The notes under the pieces were generated by a model. It did no database searches. It saw only the letters and a list, made by a program, of their open reading frames with translations, and was not told the origin of the DNA. From an uncultured Gemmatimonadales bacterium (GTDB lineage: Bacteria; Gemmatimonadota; Gemmatimonadetes; Gemmatimonadales; GWC2-71-9), in NCBI GenBank assembly GCA_963795085.1, contig CAWCFX010000002.1:64001-128000 (forward strand): DNA of 64,000 bases, written 5' to 3'. The translations under genes and the position numbers were made by a program. Positions 20,978 to 30,075 of this stretch are shown one piece after another. Numbering within the stretch: position 1 is the first letter of the stretch; every line of letters begins with the position of its first letter.

Positions 20978-22615
20978 GTGCCGGTCCCCGCCTCGTCCGC
21001 CCGGCCCAGCCGGCTCCGGACGCTCACCGACGAATATCAGCGGCTCGCGGCCACCCTGCGCCAGGGCGGCGGGGCCAAACGCATCGCGAAGATGCACGAG
21101 CAGGGCCGGCTTTCTCCCCGGGAACGGGTGGAGCAGCTGGTGGATCCCGGCACGCCCTGGCTGGAGTTGGGGCTCCTGGTCGCCTATGACCAGTACGATG
21201 GCCAGGCCCCCGGCGCCGGCGTCATCACCGGACTCGGCGTGGTGGAAGGCCGCGAAGTCGTCATCGTAGCCAACGATTCCACGGTCAAGGCCGGGTCGTG
21301 GTGGCCGGAAACGATCAAGAAAATGCTGCGCGCCCAGGAAGTCGCGATGCGGCAGCGGATCCCGATCATCTACCTGGTGGACAGCGCCGGCGTCAATCTG
21401 CCCTACCAGGGCGGCGTCTTCCCCGGCCAGTACGGCGCGGCCCGCCTCTTCTATTACAACTCCATCATGCGGCGGTACCTGCACGTGCCGCAGATCAGCG
21501 CCGTCATGGGGAGCTGCATCGCGGGCGGGGCGTACCTCCCGGCGCTTTCCGACGTGATCTTCATGGTGGACGGCACCAGCTTCATGGGGCTCGGCGGACC
21601 CAACCTGGTCAAGGGCGCGACCGGCCAGACGGTGGACGCCGAGTCGCTGGGCGGCGCCCGCACCCACACCTCGGTCAGCGCGGTGGCGCACTACCGCGCG
21701 GCCACCGACGTGGAGTGCCTGCGCCGGATCCGGGAATACCTGGCCCGGCTCCCCCGGCGGGACGGCGTCCGGCACCGGGTCGATGCCGGGGCGCCGCCCA
21801 GCCGGCCGGTGGAAGAACTGTATGACCTGCTCCCCCAGGACCACCGCATGTCCTACGACATGCACAAGGTGCTGGCCTGCGTGCTGGACGGCGGGCGGCT
21901 CGACGAGTTCCAGCCCGAAGCCGCGGGCGAGATGTTGTGCGGCCATGCCCGCATCGAAGGCCACCCCGTCGCCGTGCTGGCCAACCAGCGGGGGCTGGTC
22001 AAGGGGCAGCCCGGGGTGCCGCCCCGGACCGGTGGGATCATCTACACCGAGAGCGCCGAGAAGGCGGCCTACTTCATCGAGAACGCGAGCCGGGAACGGC
22101 TCCCGATCCTGTTCGTCCAGGACGTCAGCGGCTTCATGGTGGGGCCGGAGGCCGAGCATTCGGGGATTATCCGGGCGGGGGCCCAGTTCGTCGAGGCCAT
22201 GGCCACCGCGCTGGTCCCCAAGATCGTGCTCACCGTGAACCACGCATCCGGGGCCGGCTACTACGCGATGGCGGGGCAGGGGTTTGATCCCGATTTCATC
22301 CTCAGCTGGCCAACCGGGCGCATGGCGGTCATGGAAGGCGAATCGGCGGTAGGCGCCGTGCACGGCCCCGAAATGGACAAGGCCCGCCGGTCGAAGGCCG
22401 ACCTTCCGCCCGACGTCCAGGCCTCGGTCGAGGCCATGCGGGCCGACTACGAGCACCAGCTGGATGCCCGGTACGCCGCAGCCCGCGGGTTCGCCGATGC
22501 GATCATTGCGCCGGAAGAAACCCGGGACCAGATCGCGTTCCTCCTGCGGGTGACGGCAAACTACGCCGGCCCCCACGTGGGTGCCTTCATCCTGCCCGAA
22601 GGTCTCGGGCGTTGA
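20978..22615 (+). CDS. Acyl-CoA carboxylase carboxyltransferase subunit (methylcrotonyl-/geranyl-CoA carboxylase beta-like)
   Basis: ANDSTVKAGSW, YLVDSAGVNLP, GSCIAGGAY, ESLGGARTH, QDVSGFMVG, ASGAGYYAM. Confidence 0.9.
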   Translation: MPVPASSARPSRLRTLTDEYQRLAATLRQGGGAKRIAKMHEQGRLSPRERVEQLVDPGTPWLELGLLVAYDQYDGQAPGAGVITGLGVVEGREVVIVANDSTVKAGSWWPETIKKMLRAQEVAMRQRIPIIYLVDSAGVNLPYQGGVFPGQYGAARLFYYNSIMRRYLHVPQISAVMGSCIAGGAYLPALSDVIFMVDGTSFMGLGGPNLVKGATGQTVDAESLGGARTHTSVSAVAHYRAATDVECLRRIREYLARLPRRDGVRHRVDAGAPPSRPVEELYDLLPQDHRMSYDMHKVLACVLDGGRLDEFQPEAAGEMLCGHARIEGHPVAVLANQRGLVKGQPGVPPRTGGIIYTESAEKAAYFIENASRERLPILFVQDVSGFMVGPEAEHSGIIRAGAQFVEAMATALVPKIVLTVNHASGAGYYAMAGQGFDPDFILSWPTGRMAVMEGESAVGAVHGPEMDKARRSKADLPPDVQASVEAMRADYEHQLDARYAAARGFADAIIAPEETRDQIAFLLRVTANYAGPHVGAFILPEGLGR

Positions 22616-25398
22616 TTCCCCGGTCTTTTCCCGCCCGCGCTCTCGCCGCGGTACTGGTCCTGGCCGGCTGCGCCTCGGCCCGGTCCGCCATGGAGCCCGG
22701 CCGGGCCGACCCGGCCTCGCCAGTGCGGGATCCGGGCCCCCCGCCGGCGGAGCGGTGGTTTTCCCAGGAACCGGCCCAGGCCTTCCAGTTGCAGAAGATG
22801 CCGCTCTACACCACCGGCGTTCCCCGGTTTCTTCGTGACAACCCGGAGTCGGACGGCCGCGGAGTACTGATCGGCATCCTCGACAGCGGCATTGACGCGG
22901 GCATCCCGGGTCTCGCGCTCACCAGTACCGGCGACCGCAAGATTCTCGACCTGCGGGATTTTTCCGGCGAGGGACTGATCACCCTGGCCCCCGTCAATCC
23001 GCGGCACGATACCGTCCTGGTGGGCGGCGTTGCGCTGGGCGGCTTTGGGCGGGTCATCCTGTTCAACGCGGCGGGGCCCTGGTATGGTGGGGTGATCGCG
23101 GAGATCGCGCTGGGCTCGGGGCCGGCCGCCGACCTCGATGGCAACGGGTCGGCCGGTGACACGCTTGCGGTAATCGTCACCCGGGCCAGTGACGGCTGGA
23201 TCCTGCTTGCCGATACCGACCGCGATGGGTCCCTGGCCGGCGAGAAACCGATGCGGGACTACCTGGTGGGCCGCGACGTGTTCACCTGGTCACGGACGGG
23301 TAAGCAGGGCCAGGTGTCGGTGGCGGCCAACCTGTCCGACTCGGGCGGGCGTCCCGTCCTCTCGCTCTTCTTCGACACCAGCGGTCACGGTTCTCACGTC
23401 GCGGGCATTGCGGCGGGGTGCAACCTGTATGACGTGCCCGGCTTCCACGGGGTGGCCCCCGGCGCCCAACTCCTCGGCCTCAAGATCGCGAACAACGCGC
23501 AGGGCGGAATCTCTACCACCGGCAGCATGGTTCGCGCTATCGAGTACGCGATCCGGTTCGCCGCCCGCCGGCGAATGCCGCTGGTGCTCAACATGAGTTT
23601 CGCCGTGGGGAACGAAGTCGAAGGCCAGGCCCGTATTGATCACCTGGTCGATTCCATTCTTGGCGCGCATCCCGAGCTGGTCCTGGTCCTGAGCGCCGGG
23701 AACGACGGACCCGGCCTTTCCACGCTGGGCTTCCCCGCCAGCGCGCAGCGGGCCCTGACGGTGGGGGCGGTCCTTCCCGGCGATCCGGATGAACCGGCCG
23801 CGAGCCGGCGGGAGCCGGTCGCCTACTATAGTGGCCGCGGGGGAGAAGTGGCGAAGCCGGAGGTCGTCGCTCCCGGGACCGCCTACTCGACCGTGCCGCT
23901 TTGGGACCGGGGGGAGGAGGTAAAGAGCGGCACCAGCATGGCGGCGCCCCACGTCGCCGGACTGGTCGCCCTGCTCACCTCGGCTCAGCTGGCCGATGCC
24001 CGCCCCCGGCCGTCGGCTCGGCTGATCCGTCATGCGCTGATGGTGACGGCGCGCCCCATCCCCGACGCCTCCTTCGCGGACCAGGGGACTGGAATTCCCG
24101 ATGTCGGGGCGGCCTGGCGCTGGCTCCGAGGCGGGTACGCCGATGCCGAGGTTGACGTGCGGGCCGAGTCGGGAGTCACCGCGTCCTTTCGTCCCGCCTT
24201 TACGGACTCGGCGCAACGATTCACGCTCACTCGGCCGGCCGGGCTTCCGCCGGCCACCTTCACCCTGCGGAGCAATGTCGAGTGGATCGTGCCTCCGGGC
24301 TCGGTCACCATTTCCGATACCGCCGCGATCGTCACGCTTCGGCTCCGCCCCGGCCCGGGGTCGCCGGAGACGCACAGCGGGGTGGTGACCGGGTGGCCCG
24401 CGGATACGATGGCGGGGCCGGCATTCCGGCTGGTGACGATCCGCGGGCACGCCGTCACCTCGGTAGGCGGGATCCGGGAACCGGTTGCCATCCCTATCGC
24501 CGCGGGTGACGAGCGCCGCCTCTTCATCATCGCCGACTCAGGCCGGCCGTTCGTCGCGCGGGCGCGGATCGGCAGCCGGCAGCCGTTGCTGGTGTTTCTG
24601 CACGAGCCGAACGGAATGCCGCTTCGGGGGGCCGAGCCCCAGATCGCCGGGGCCGGCGATGAGGAAGTCTCCTTCCAGGTGGATGGCCGCGATGCGGTGC
24701 CCGGCGCCTATGAACTGGTCGCGGTCGCGCCGCCCACCGAACCCAGCTCGGCCCGGTTCGAAGTTGCCGCCGCGCCCTTCGCCTTCGATGCCCGGCGGGA
24801 GGCCGCCGGCGTCGTCGCCCGGGTGAAGCCGGCCGCCGGCCACCACGTCCGCCTCGGCCTGGTGGGCGGTGAACGGGTGGTCCATGTGGCGGCCCGGGGC
24901 AGTGACACCGTGACGGTGTCCTTCGTGGTGCCGGAGTGGGCCACCAGCCTGGCGGCCGACCTGGCGATGGCGCGCGACCAGTGGAGCCGGTTTACCGATT
25001 TCGGGTTCAGCCTCTTCGATTCCACCGGTGCCATCCTCGAAACCGCCCCGCTCAACTACGCCTTCGGCCGAATGGAGGCCGATTTCGACGCCGGGCAGCC
25101 GGCGCGGCGGATGTCGCTGCGGCTGTTCGCGGCGCTCGCGGAACCGGGAAGCGAGGAGTCGTGGCTGGCTACCCTGTCCATTCGGCTCTACGCCGGCCGG
25201 CCCGTGCGGCTCGCGGCCGCCCCTGCCGGGTCGTCGGCCCCCGGGGACGAAGAACTGACCGTGTTTCCCTTCCCGCCATTCCCCTGGACGCTGGGCGAGG
25301 AGTTCGTGCCCCTGGGTGTTCTTGAAATCGACCAGAAAGGCGCTACCTGGTCCCGGGAAATTCCCTTCCCCGAACCCGTAGCCCCGCTGATGCGATGA
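22612..25398 (+). CDS. S8 subtilase lipoprotein, tripeptidyl-peptidase-II-like
   Basis: Lipobox LAGC; DGRGVLIGILDSG (Asp), HGSHVAGIAAG (His), SAGNDGP (oxyanion Asn), SGTSMAAPHVAG (Ser). Confidence 0.88.
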   Translation: MIPRSFPARALAAVLVLAGCASARSAMEPGRADPASPVRDPGPPPAERWFSQEPAQAFQLQKMPLYTTGVPRFLRDNPESDGRGVLIGILDSGIDAGIPGLALTSTGDRKILDLRDFSGEGLITLAPVNPRHDTVLVGGVALGGFGRVILFNAAGPWYGGVIAEIALGSGPAADLDGNGSAGDTLAVIVTRASDGWILLADTDRDGSLAGEKPMRDYLVGRDVFTWSRTGKQGQVSVAANLSDSGGRPVLSLFFDTSGHGSHVAGIAAGCNLYDVPGFHGVAPGAQLLGLKIANNAQGGISTTGSMVRAIEYAIRFAARRRMPLVLNMSFAVGNEVEGQARIDHLVDSILGAHPELVLVLSAGNDGPGLSTLGFPASAQRALTVGAVLPGDPDEPAASRREPVAYYSGRGGEVAKPEVVAPGTAYSTVPLWDRGEEVKSGTSMAAPHVAGLVALLTSAQLADARPRPSARLIRHALMVTARPIPDASFADQGTGIPDVGAAWRWLRGGYADAEVDVRAESGVTASFRPAFTDSAQRFTLTRPAGLPPATFTLRSNVEWIVPPGSVTISDTAAIVTLRLRPGPGSPETHSGVVTGWPADTMAGPAFRLVTIRGHAVTSVGGIREPVAIPIAAGDERRLFIIADSGRPFVARARIGSRQPLLVFLHEPNGMPLRGAEPQIAGAGDEEVSFQVDGRDAVPGAYELVAVAPPTEPSSARFEVAAAPFAFDARREAAGVVARVKPAAGHHVRLGLVGGERVVHVAARGSDTVTVSFVVPEWATSLAADLAMARDQWSRFTDFGFSLFDSTGAILETAPLNYAFGRMEADFDAGQPARRMSLRLFAALAEPGSEESWLATLSIRLYAGRPVRLAAAPAGSSAPGDEELTVFPFPPFPWTLGEEFVPLGVLEIDQKGATWSREIPFPEPVAPLMR

Positions 25399-26765
25399 AG
25401 CGTCCGGTCCGGATCGCGGCGGGTCAGGGGTTCTGGGGCGACTGGCTGGAGGCGCCGGTCCGCCAGCTGGAGGGCGGACCCATCGACTACCTGGTCCTCG
25501 ATTACGTCGCGGAAGTCACCATGTCCATCATGCAGAAACAGCGGGCCCGGGATCCCTCCCAGGGATACGCCCGCGATTTCGTGGCGCTGATGGACCGGGT
25601 GCTGCCCGATCTGGTCAAAAAGAAGGTCCGGGTCATCTCCAACGCGGGCGGCGTCAACCCGGTGGCCTGCGCCGAGGCGGTCGTCCAGTCCGCCCGAAAG
25701 CAGGGACTGGCGGGCCGGCTCAAGGTCGGCCTGGTGACCGGTGACGATATCATGGGCCGGCTGGATGAGCTGATAGCCCGGGGGCATTCCTTCACCAACC
25801 TGGACACCGGCGAACCGCTCAGCGGCATTCGCGCCCAGGTGCAGGCCGCGAATGTCTATCTCGGCATGGCTCCTGTGGTCCAGGCGCTGGACCGGGGAGC
25901 TGATATCGTGGTGAGCGGGAGGCTGGCCGACCCGGTACTGGCGCTCGGGCCGCTGTTCCATGAGTTCGACTGGGCGGCGGATGACTGGGACAAGGTTGCC
26001 AGCGGCATCGTGGCGGGGCACATCATCGAATGCGGCGCCCAGAGCTCGGGGGGCAACCTGCTGCGCGACTGGCGCAAGGTGCGGAACCTCGCCGACATCG
26101 GTTTCCCCATCGTGGAAGTGGCGGAGGACGCCAGCTTCGTGGTGACCAAGCACCCGGGCACCGGCGGCGTGGTCAACATCGCCAGCGTCACCGAACAGCT
26201 GGTGTACGAGATCGGCGATCCCCGGCGCTACGTCAACGCCGACGGGGTGGCGGACTTCACCTCGATTCGCCTGGCGCAGCGGGGCAGGGACCGGGTCCAG
26301 GTGAGCGGGGTCAGAGGCAAACCCAGGACCGCGCAGTACAAGGTTTCGCTGGCCTATTTCTACGGCTACAAGGCGGTCGGTACGCTGGTCTACAGTTGGC
26401 CCGAAGCCTACGACAAGGCCCGCGCTGCCGACCGGATCATTCGGGAACGGCTGGACGCCCTGGGGCTCGAGTTCGAGAAGATCCATACCGAGTACGTCGG
26501 GTACGACTCGACCCATGGGCGGCTGGCCGGCCCCCCGGATCCCGACATGCCCGAGGTGCAGCTCCGGATCGGAGTGCGGGCCCGCGACCGGGCGCCGGTG
26601 GAACGTTTTACCCGGGAGATCGCTCCCCTGGTCCTGACCGGCCCGCCTTCCGTTACCGGGTACGGCTACAAGCCGGACGTCAAGGAGATCGTCGCCTTCT
26701 GGCCCGCCCTGCTGGACCGGGCCGAGGTGGACCCGATGGTGAAGGTGGAGATTCTCGAGGCATGA
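25395..26765 (+). CDS. atuA: Acyclic terpene utilization AtuA family protein (N-terminal, DUF1446-like)
   Basis: RIAAGQGFWGD, DYVAEVTM, NAGGVNP, ANVYLG, AGHIIECGAQ, GFPIVEV, EQLVYEIGDP. Confidence 0.88.
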   Translation: MKRPVRIAAGQGFWGDWLEAPVRQLEGGPIDYLVLDYVAEVTMSIMQKQRARDPSQGYARDFVALMDRVLPDLVKKKVRVISNAGGVNPVACAEAVVQSARKQGLAGRLKVGLVTGDDIMGRLDELIARGHSFTNLDTGEPLSGIRAQVQAANVYLGMAPVVQALDRGADIVVSGRLADPVLALGPLFHEFDWAADDWDKVASGIVAGHIIECGAQSSGGNLLRDWRKVRNLADIGFPIVEVAEDASFVVTKHPGTGGVVNIASVTEQLVYEIGDPRRYVNADGVADFTSIRLAQRGRDRVQVSGVRGKPRTAQYKVSLAYFYGYKAVGTLVYSWPEAYDKARAADRIIRERLDALGLEFEKIHTEYVGYDSTHGRLAGPPDPDMPEVQLRIGVRARDRAPVERFTREIAPLVLTGPPSVTGYGYKPDVKEIVAFWPALLDRAEVDPMVKVEILEA

Positions 26766-26775
26766 TGACTTCCTG

Positions 26776-27171
26776 ATGCCGAAATCGAAACCCCGGCCCG
26801 CGCCGAAGCCCAAGCGCACGGTACTCTGCCAGCTGCGCCAGCTGGCGCACGCGCGCTCCGGCGACAAGGGAGACACGGCCAACATCGGCGTGATCGCGCT
26901 GCATCCGGAACTCTATCCGGTCCTGGTCCGCGAGTTGACGGTGGCCCGGGTGGCCCGCCATTTCCGGGGCATGGCCGGCCGGGTCGAGCGATTCGAACTG
27001 CCCAACCTGAACGCGCTCAATTTCCTGCTCCACGAGGCGCTGGATGGCGGGGGCACGCTCTCGCTCCGGACCGATGCCCAGGGGAAAGTGTACTCCACGG
27101 CCATTCTCCGGATGGAACTTCGGATTCCCGCGGACCTGGCCCGCAAGCTCAAACTGAAACTGGACCGCTGA
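26776..27171 (+). CDS. AtuA C-terminal-like protein (split AtuA)
   Basis: LAHARSGDKGDTANIGVIA, VERFELPNLNALNF, LDGGG..SLRTDAQGK. Confidence 0.85.
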   Translation: MPKSKPRPAPKPKRTVLCQLRQLAHARSGDKGDTANIGVIALHPELYPVLVRELTVARVARHFRGMAGRVERFELPNLNALNFLLHEALDGGGTLSLRTDAQGKVYSTAILRMELRIPADLARKLKLKLDR

Positions 27172-27174
27172 CCG

Positions 27175-27927
27175 ATGCTGCAGACCGAACTCTCCGGGGG
27201 AGTGCTCACCCTGACGCTCAACCGTCCCGAAAAGCGGAATGCGCTGGCGGCCGAGATGCTGGGCGCCCTCACCGCGGCCCTGGACCGGGCCGATCTGGAT
27301 GCCGATGTCCGGGTCGTCGCCATCCGGGGCGCCGGCAAGGATTTCTGCGCCGGCGCCGACCTGGCCGAACTGCTGGCGTCGGCGGACCAGGGGGTGGAGG
27401 CGAACGAGAAGGCCGCGCTGGAACTGGGCAACGTGTTTCTCCGGATCCGGGGCATCGCCAAACCGGTTGTCGCCGTCATCCACGGCCGGGCGCTGGCCGG
27501 CGGGGCCGGGCTGGCCACCGCCTGTGATATCGCGGTGGCCCGGGAAAGCGCCCGGATCGGGTATCCCGAAATCCTGCGGGGCTTCGTGCCGGCGATGGTG
27601 ATGACCATGCTGCGCCGGGCGGTGGGCGAGAAGCTGGCATTCGACCTGGCCGCGACCGGCAGGGTACTGACCGCGGGCGAGGCGGCGGCGGTGGGCCTCA
27701 TCTCCCGCGCGCTTCCCGATGCCGATTTCGAGGCAGAGGTCGCCGAGCTCCTCCGCCGGCTGGCCGATGCCGGGCCTTCGGCCATCGCGCTGACCAAGAA
27801 ACAGTTCTACCAGCTGGATGGCCTGGGGTTCGCGGAGGGCATCGCGCTGGGCGCCCGGGTCAACGCCCTGTCCCGGGCGACCCCGGAGTTCCGCACCGCG
27901 ATCGGCGCGTTCCTGACGAAGGAGTGA
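27175..27927 (+). CDS. Enoyl-CoA hydratase/isomerase (crotonase), methylglutaconyl-CoA hydratase-like
   Basis: LTLNRPEKRNAL, FCAGADL, GRALAGGAGLATACD, YPEILRG. Confidence 0.9.
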   Translation: MLQTELSGGVLTLTLNRPEKRNALAAEMLGALTAALDRADLDADVRVVAIRGAGKDFCAGADLAELLASADQGVEANEKAALELGNVFLRIRGIAKPVVAVIHGRALAGGAGLATACDIAVARESARIGYPEILRGFVPAMVMTMLRRAVGEKLAFDLAATGRVLTAGEAAAVGLISRALPDADFEAEVAELLRRLADAGPSAIALTKKQFYQLDGLGFAEGIALGARVNALSRATPEFRTAIGAFLTKE

Positions 27928-28085
27928 TGTTTCTCTCCCGGCTGCGACTGGTGCTGGGCCTCGGCGGGATGGCGTTTCTGCTGGCCGGGATCGCCCGTGG
28001 AAACCGGCTGATCGTGTGGGGCGCGATCGGACTGCTGGGCGGCTCCTTCCTGGTCCGGCTCTATCTGCGGAAGCGGGAAGGGTGA
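27927..28085 (+). CDS. 52-aa two-TM small membrane protein
   Basis: Not in the ORF track. TGATG overlap with the crotonase stop and AGGAG upstream; MFLSRLRLVLGLGGMAFLLAGIARGNRLIVWGAIGLLGGSFLVRLYLRKREG*. Confidence 0.7.
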   Translation: MFLSRLRLVLGLGGMAFLLAGIARGNRLIVWGAIGLLGGSFLVRLYLRKREG

Positions 28086-28094
28086 GGTCCCCCA

Positions 28095-28223
28095 AATTCT
28101 CTCAATTCCCTCAATTCCCACATTCCCTCAATTCCCACATTCCCTCAATTCCCACATTCCCTCAATTCCCACATTCCCTCAATTCCCACATTCCCTCAAT
28201 TCCCACATTCCCTCAATTCCCAC
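28095..28223. repeat. Tandem array of 7 exact 17-mers ATTCCCTCAATTCCCAC (28105-28223) plus a decayed 9-mer
   Basis: Read directly; the last unit supplies the final codons and TGA of the minus-strand gene. Confidence 0.95.
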
Positions 28224-28686
28224 ACTCCGCCGCTGGCCTCCTGGTGTCCGCCAGCGCGATGATCTTCCATCCGCCGGAATCCCGCGCCAGCAGAATGGCG
28301 TCCACGCCACAATGGCTGAATCGCTCACCGATATAGAATCGATAGTCCGTCCAGACTGAGGCCAGGTTGTCGGAGATACTCACGGTGGTGTTTTGAAGCC
28401 GTTCGTCCAGGAGCTGGCCGGGCGCGGCGGTGCTGATCATGCCGATGAACGCCTCGACGGGCGTGGCCTCGACCGCCGGAGTGCCATTCCGGTTCCCGGT
28501 GCTGATCAGCCGCGCCCCTTCCGCGAAGATGGAACGAAATGCGGCGGTATCCCTCGCCCGCATGGCGTCGAACATCCGGGTGATGACGGCCCGGACCGCT
28601 GTGTCGTCCGCGGGCGGAGTGGCCTGCTGCGCGTGGGCCGGAACGGACAGCACCGCCAGCATGGCGATCGACGGCAGGACTTTCAT
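28213..28686 (-). CDS. Secreted NTF2/SnoaL-like family protein
   Basis: Signal peptide (AHA|Q), AVITRMFDAMRARD, DNLASVWTDYRFY, SHCGVDAILL..GWKI; GGAG Shine-Dalgarno. Confidence 0.85.
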   Translation of the reverse strand: MKVLPSIAMLAVLSVPAHAQQATPPADDTAVRAVITRMFDAMRARDTAAFRSIFAEGARLISTGNRNGTPAVEATPVEAFIGMISTAAPGQLLDERLQNTTVSISDNLASVWTDYRFYIGERFSHCGVDAILLARDSGGWKIIALADTRRPAAECGN

Positions 28687-28864
28687 GGGGACTCCCGTGG
28701 TGAGGTGGCGGACCTTCCTACGCCGTGAACTGATCCAGGTTTCAGGTGAATATATCCCGCTGGAGACCCGCCCGTGATGGGGCGCACCTCTCTATTCGCC
28801 CCCCGGGTTAATCTTGGGGGAGGGATCCGTAACCCGCCGTCAGAAATTCCAGCCCGGAGTCGCC

Positions 28865-29971
28865 ATGACACCCGCCGACAAAGCGCGCCCCACTCCCGAA
28901 CCGGAAATCCGCAAAGGCCAGGGCGACGTCAAGCTCTCGCGGGAGGAGTTTGCCCGGAGGCTGGGGGAGCGGTTCGACGATCCGTCTTTCGATGGGGTGC
29001 GGGAATCCATCGACGTTGTGATCGACGTCGCCTGGAAAAACTACGACGAGTACCACAAGAGTCCCCGCAAGCGGAAAGCGGGGCCGGGATTTGCCGACCC
29101 GGAACACGAACTGCCGGTCGAGTGGCTGGAGGCCCGGGCCCGGATCATCGAGGCGGAGGAAAGGCAGAAATCCCCAGGTGGGCCTGGCCGCATTCTGCTG
29201 ATATGTGCCTCGCCCCGAAGCGACCAGACCTGCCCCGGCGAGATGTCGAAAACGTTCCGGCTGGTGACCCTGGCCCGGGAAGTCATCGAGACGGCCGGGG
29301 GAATGGAGTGCGACCTGCTCGACCTGAGCCATCTGACCTCGGAATACGGCCGCCAGATCCTTCCCTGCAAGGGCTGCGTATCCACCGCGATGCCGCTCTG
29401 CCACTGGCCCTGCTCCTGCTATCCCAACCATGCGCTGGGCCAGGTGAACGACTGGATGAACGACCTCTATCCTCGCTGGGTCGCCGCCCACGGGGTGCTC
29501 ATCGTGACCCCGGTGCACTGGTACCAGGCCCCCAGTGTCCTCAAGCTGATGATTGACCGCCTGGTATGCGCCGACGGGGGCAACCCCGACCAGACTTCCA
29601 CGCACGGCAAGACGGTCGAGGAGGCCAAGCGGCTGGAACTGGAAGGCTGGCCGTATCCCAAGCACCTGGCCGGCCGCGCCTTCGGGGTGGTAGTCCATGG
29701 CGATGTCGCCGGCACCGAGGAGTTGCGGCGGGCCCTGACCGACTGGCTCAAGTGGATGGGCCTCATTGAAAGCGGGGGGTGGGGCACCCTGGACCGCTAT
29801 ATCGGCTACTACGAACCCTACGCCACTAGTCACGACGCCCTGGACGCGGACGAGGACGTCCAGGAGGAGACTCGGAACGTGGCGCGAAGCGTGGTCGCCA
29901 TGGTGCGCCAGATCCGCGCGGGCGAATACACCCTTCCCGATCAAGGCCTGGATTCCCCCCGGCCCAAGTAG
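28865..29971 (+). CDS. Flavodoxin-family / iron-sulfur flavoprotein-like NAD(P)H-dependent FMN reductase
   Basis: LICASPR, PCKGCVSTAMPLCHWPCSC, IVTPVHWY, LKLMIDRL; start ATG 28865 with GGAG. Confidence 0.85.
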   Translation: MTPADKARPTPEPEIRKGQGDVKLSREEFARRLGERFDDPSFDGVRESIDVVIDVAWKNYDEYHKSPRKRKAGPGFADPEHELPVEWLEARARIIEAEERQKSPGGPGRILLICASPRSDQTCPGEMSKTFRLVTLAREVIETAGGMECDLLDLSHLTSEYGRQILPCKGCVSTAMPLCHWPCSCYPNHALGQVNDWMNDLYPRWVAAHGVLIVTPVHWYQAPSVLKLMIDRLVCADGGNPDQTSTHGKTVEEAKRLELEGWPYPKHLAGRAFGVVVHGDVAGTEELRRALTDWLKWMGLIESGGWGTLDRYIGYYEPYATSHDALDADEDVQEETRNVARSVVAMVRQIRAGEYTLPDQGLDSPRPK

Positions 29972-30075
29972 CTGGGGGAGACGCGCGACTGCCTGATCGG
30001 GCACTCCGCGGTTATCGGGACCGTCTCTCGTTTCCTCGATCCCGCCTGGCCAGCCTGCCGGGCGTACGGTGGGGG

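Noticed and set aside
28105..28223. Tandem arrays as a possible CRISPR
   Set aside because: Units are contiguous with no unique spacers, are only 7-17 bp long, and no cas genes are present.
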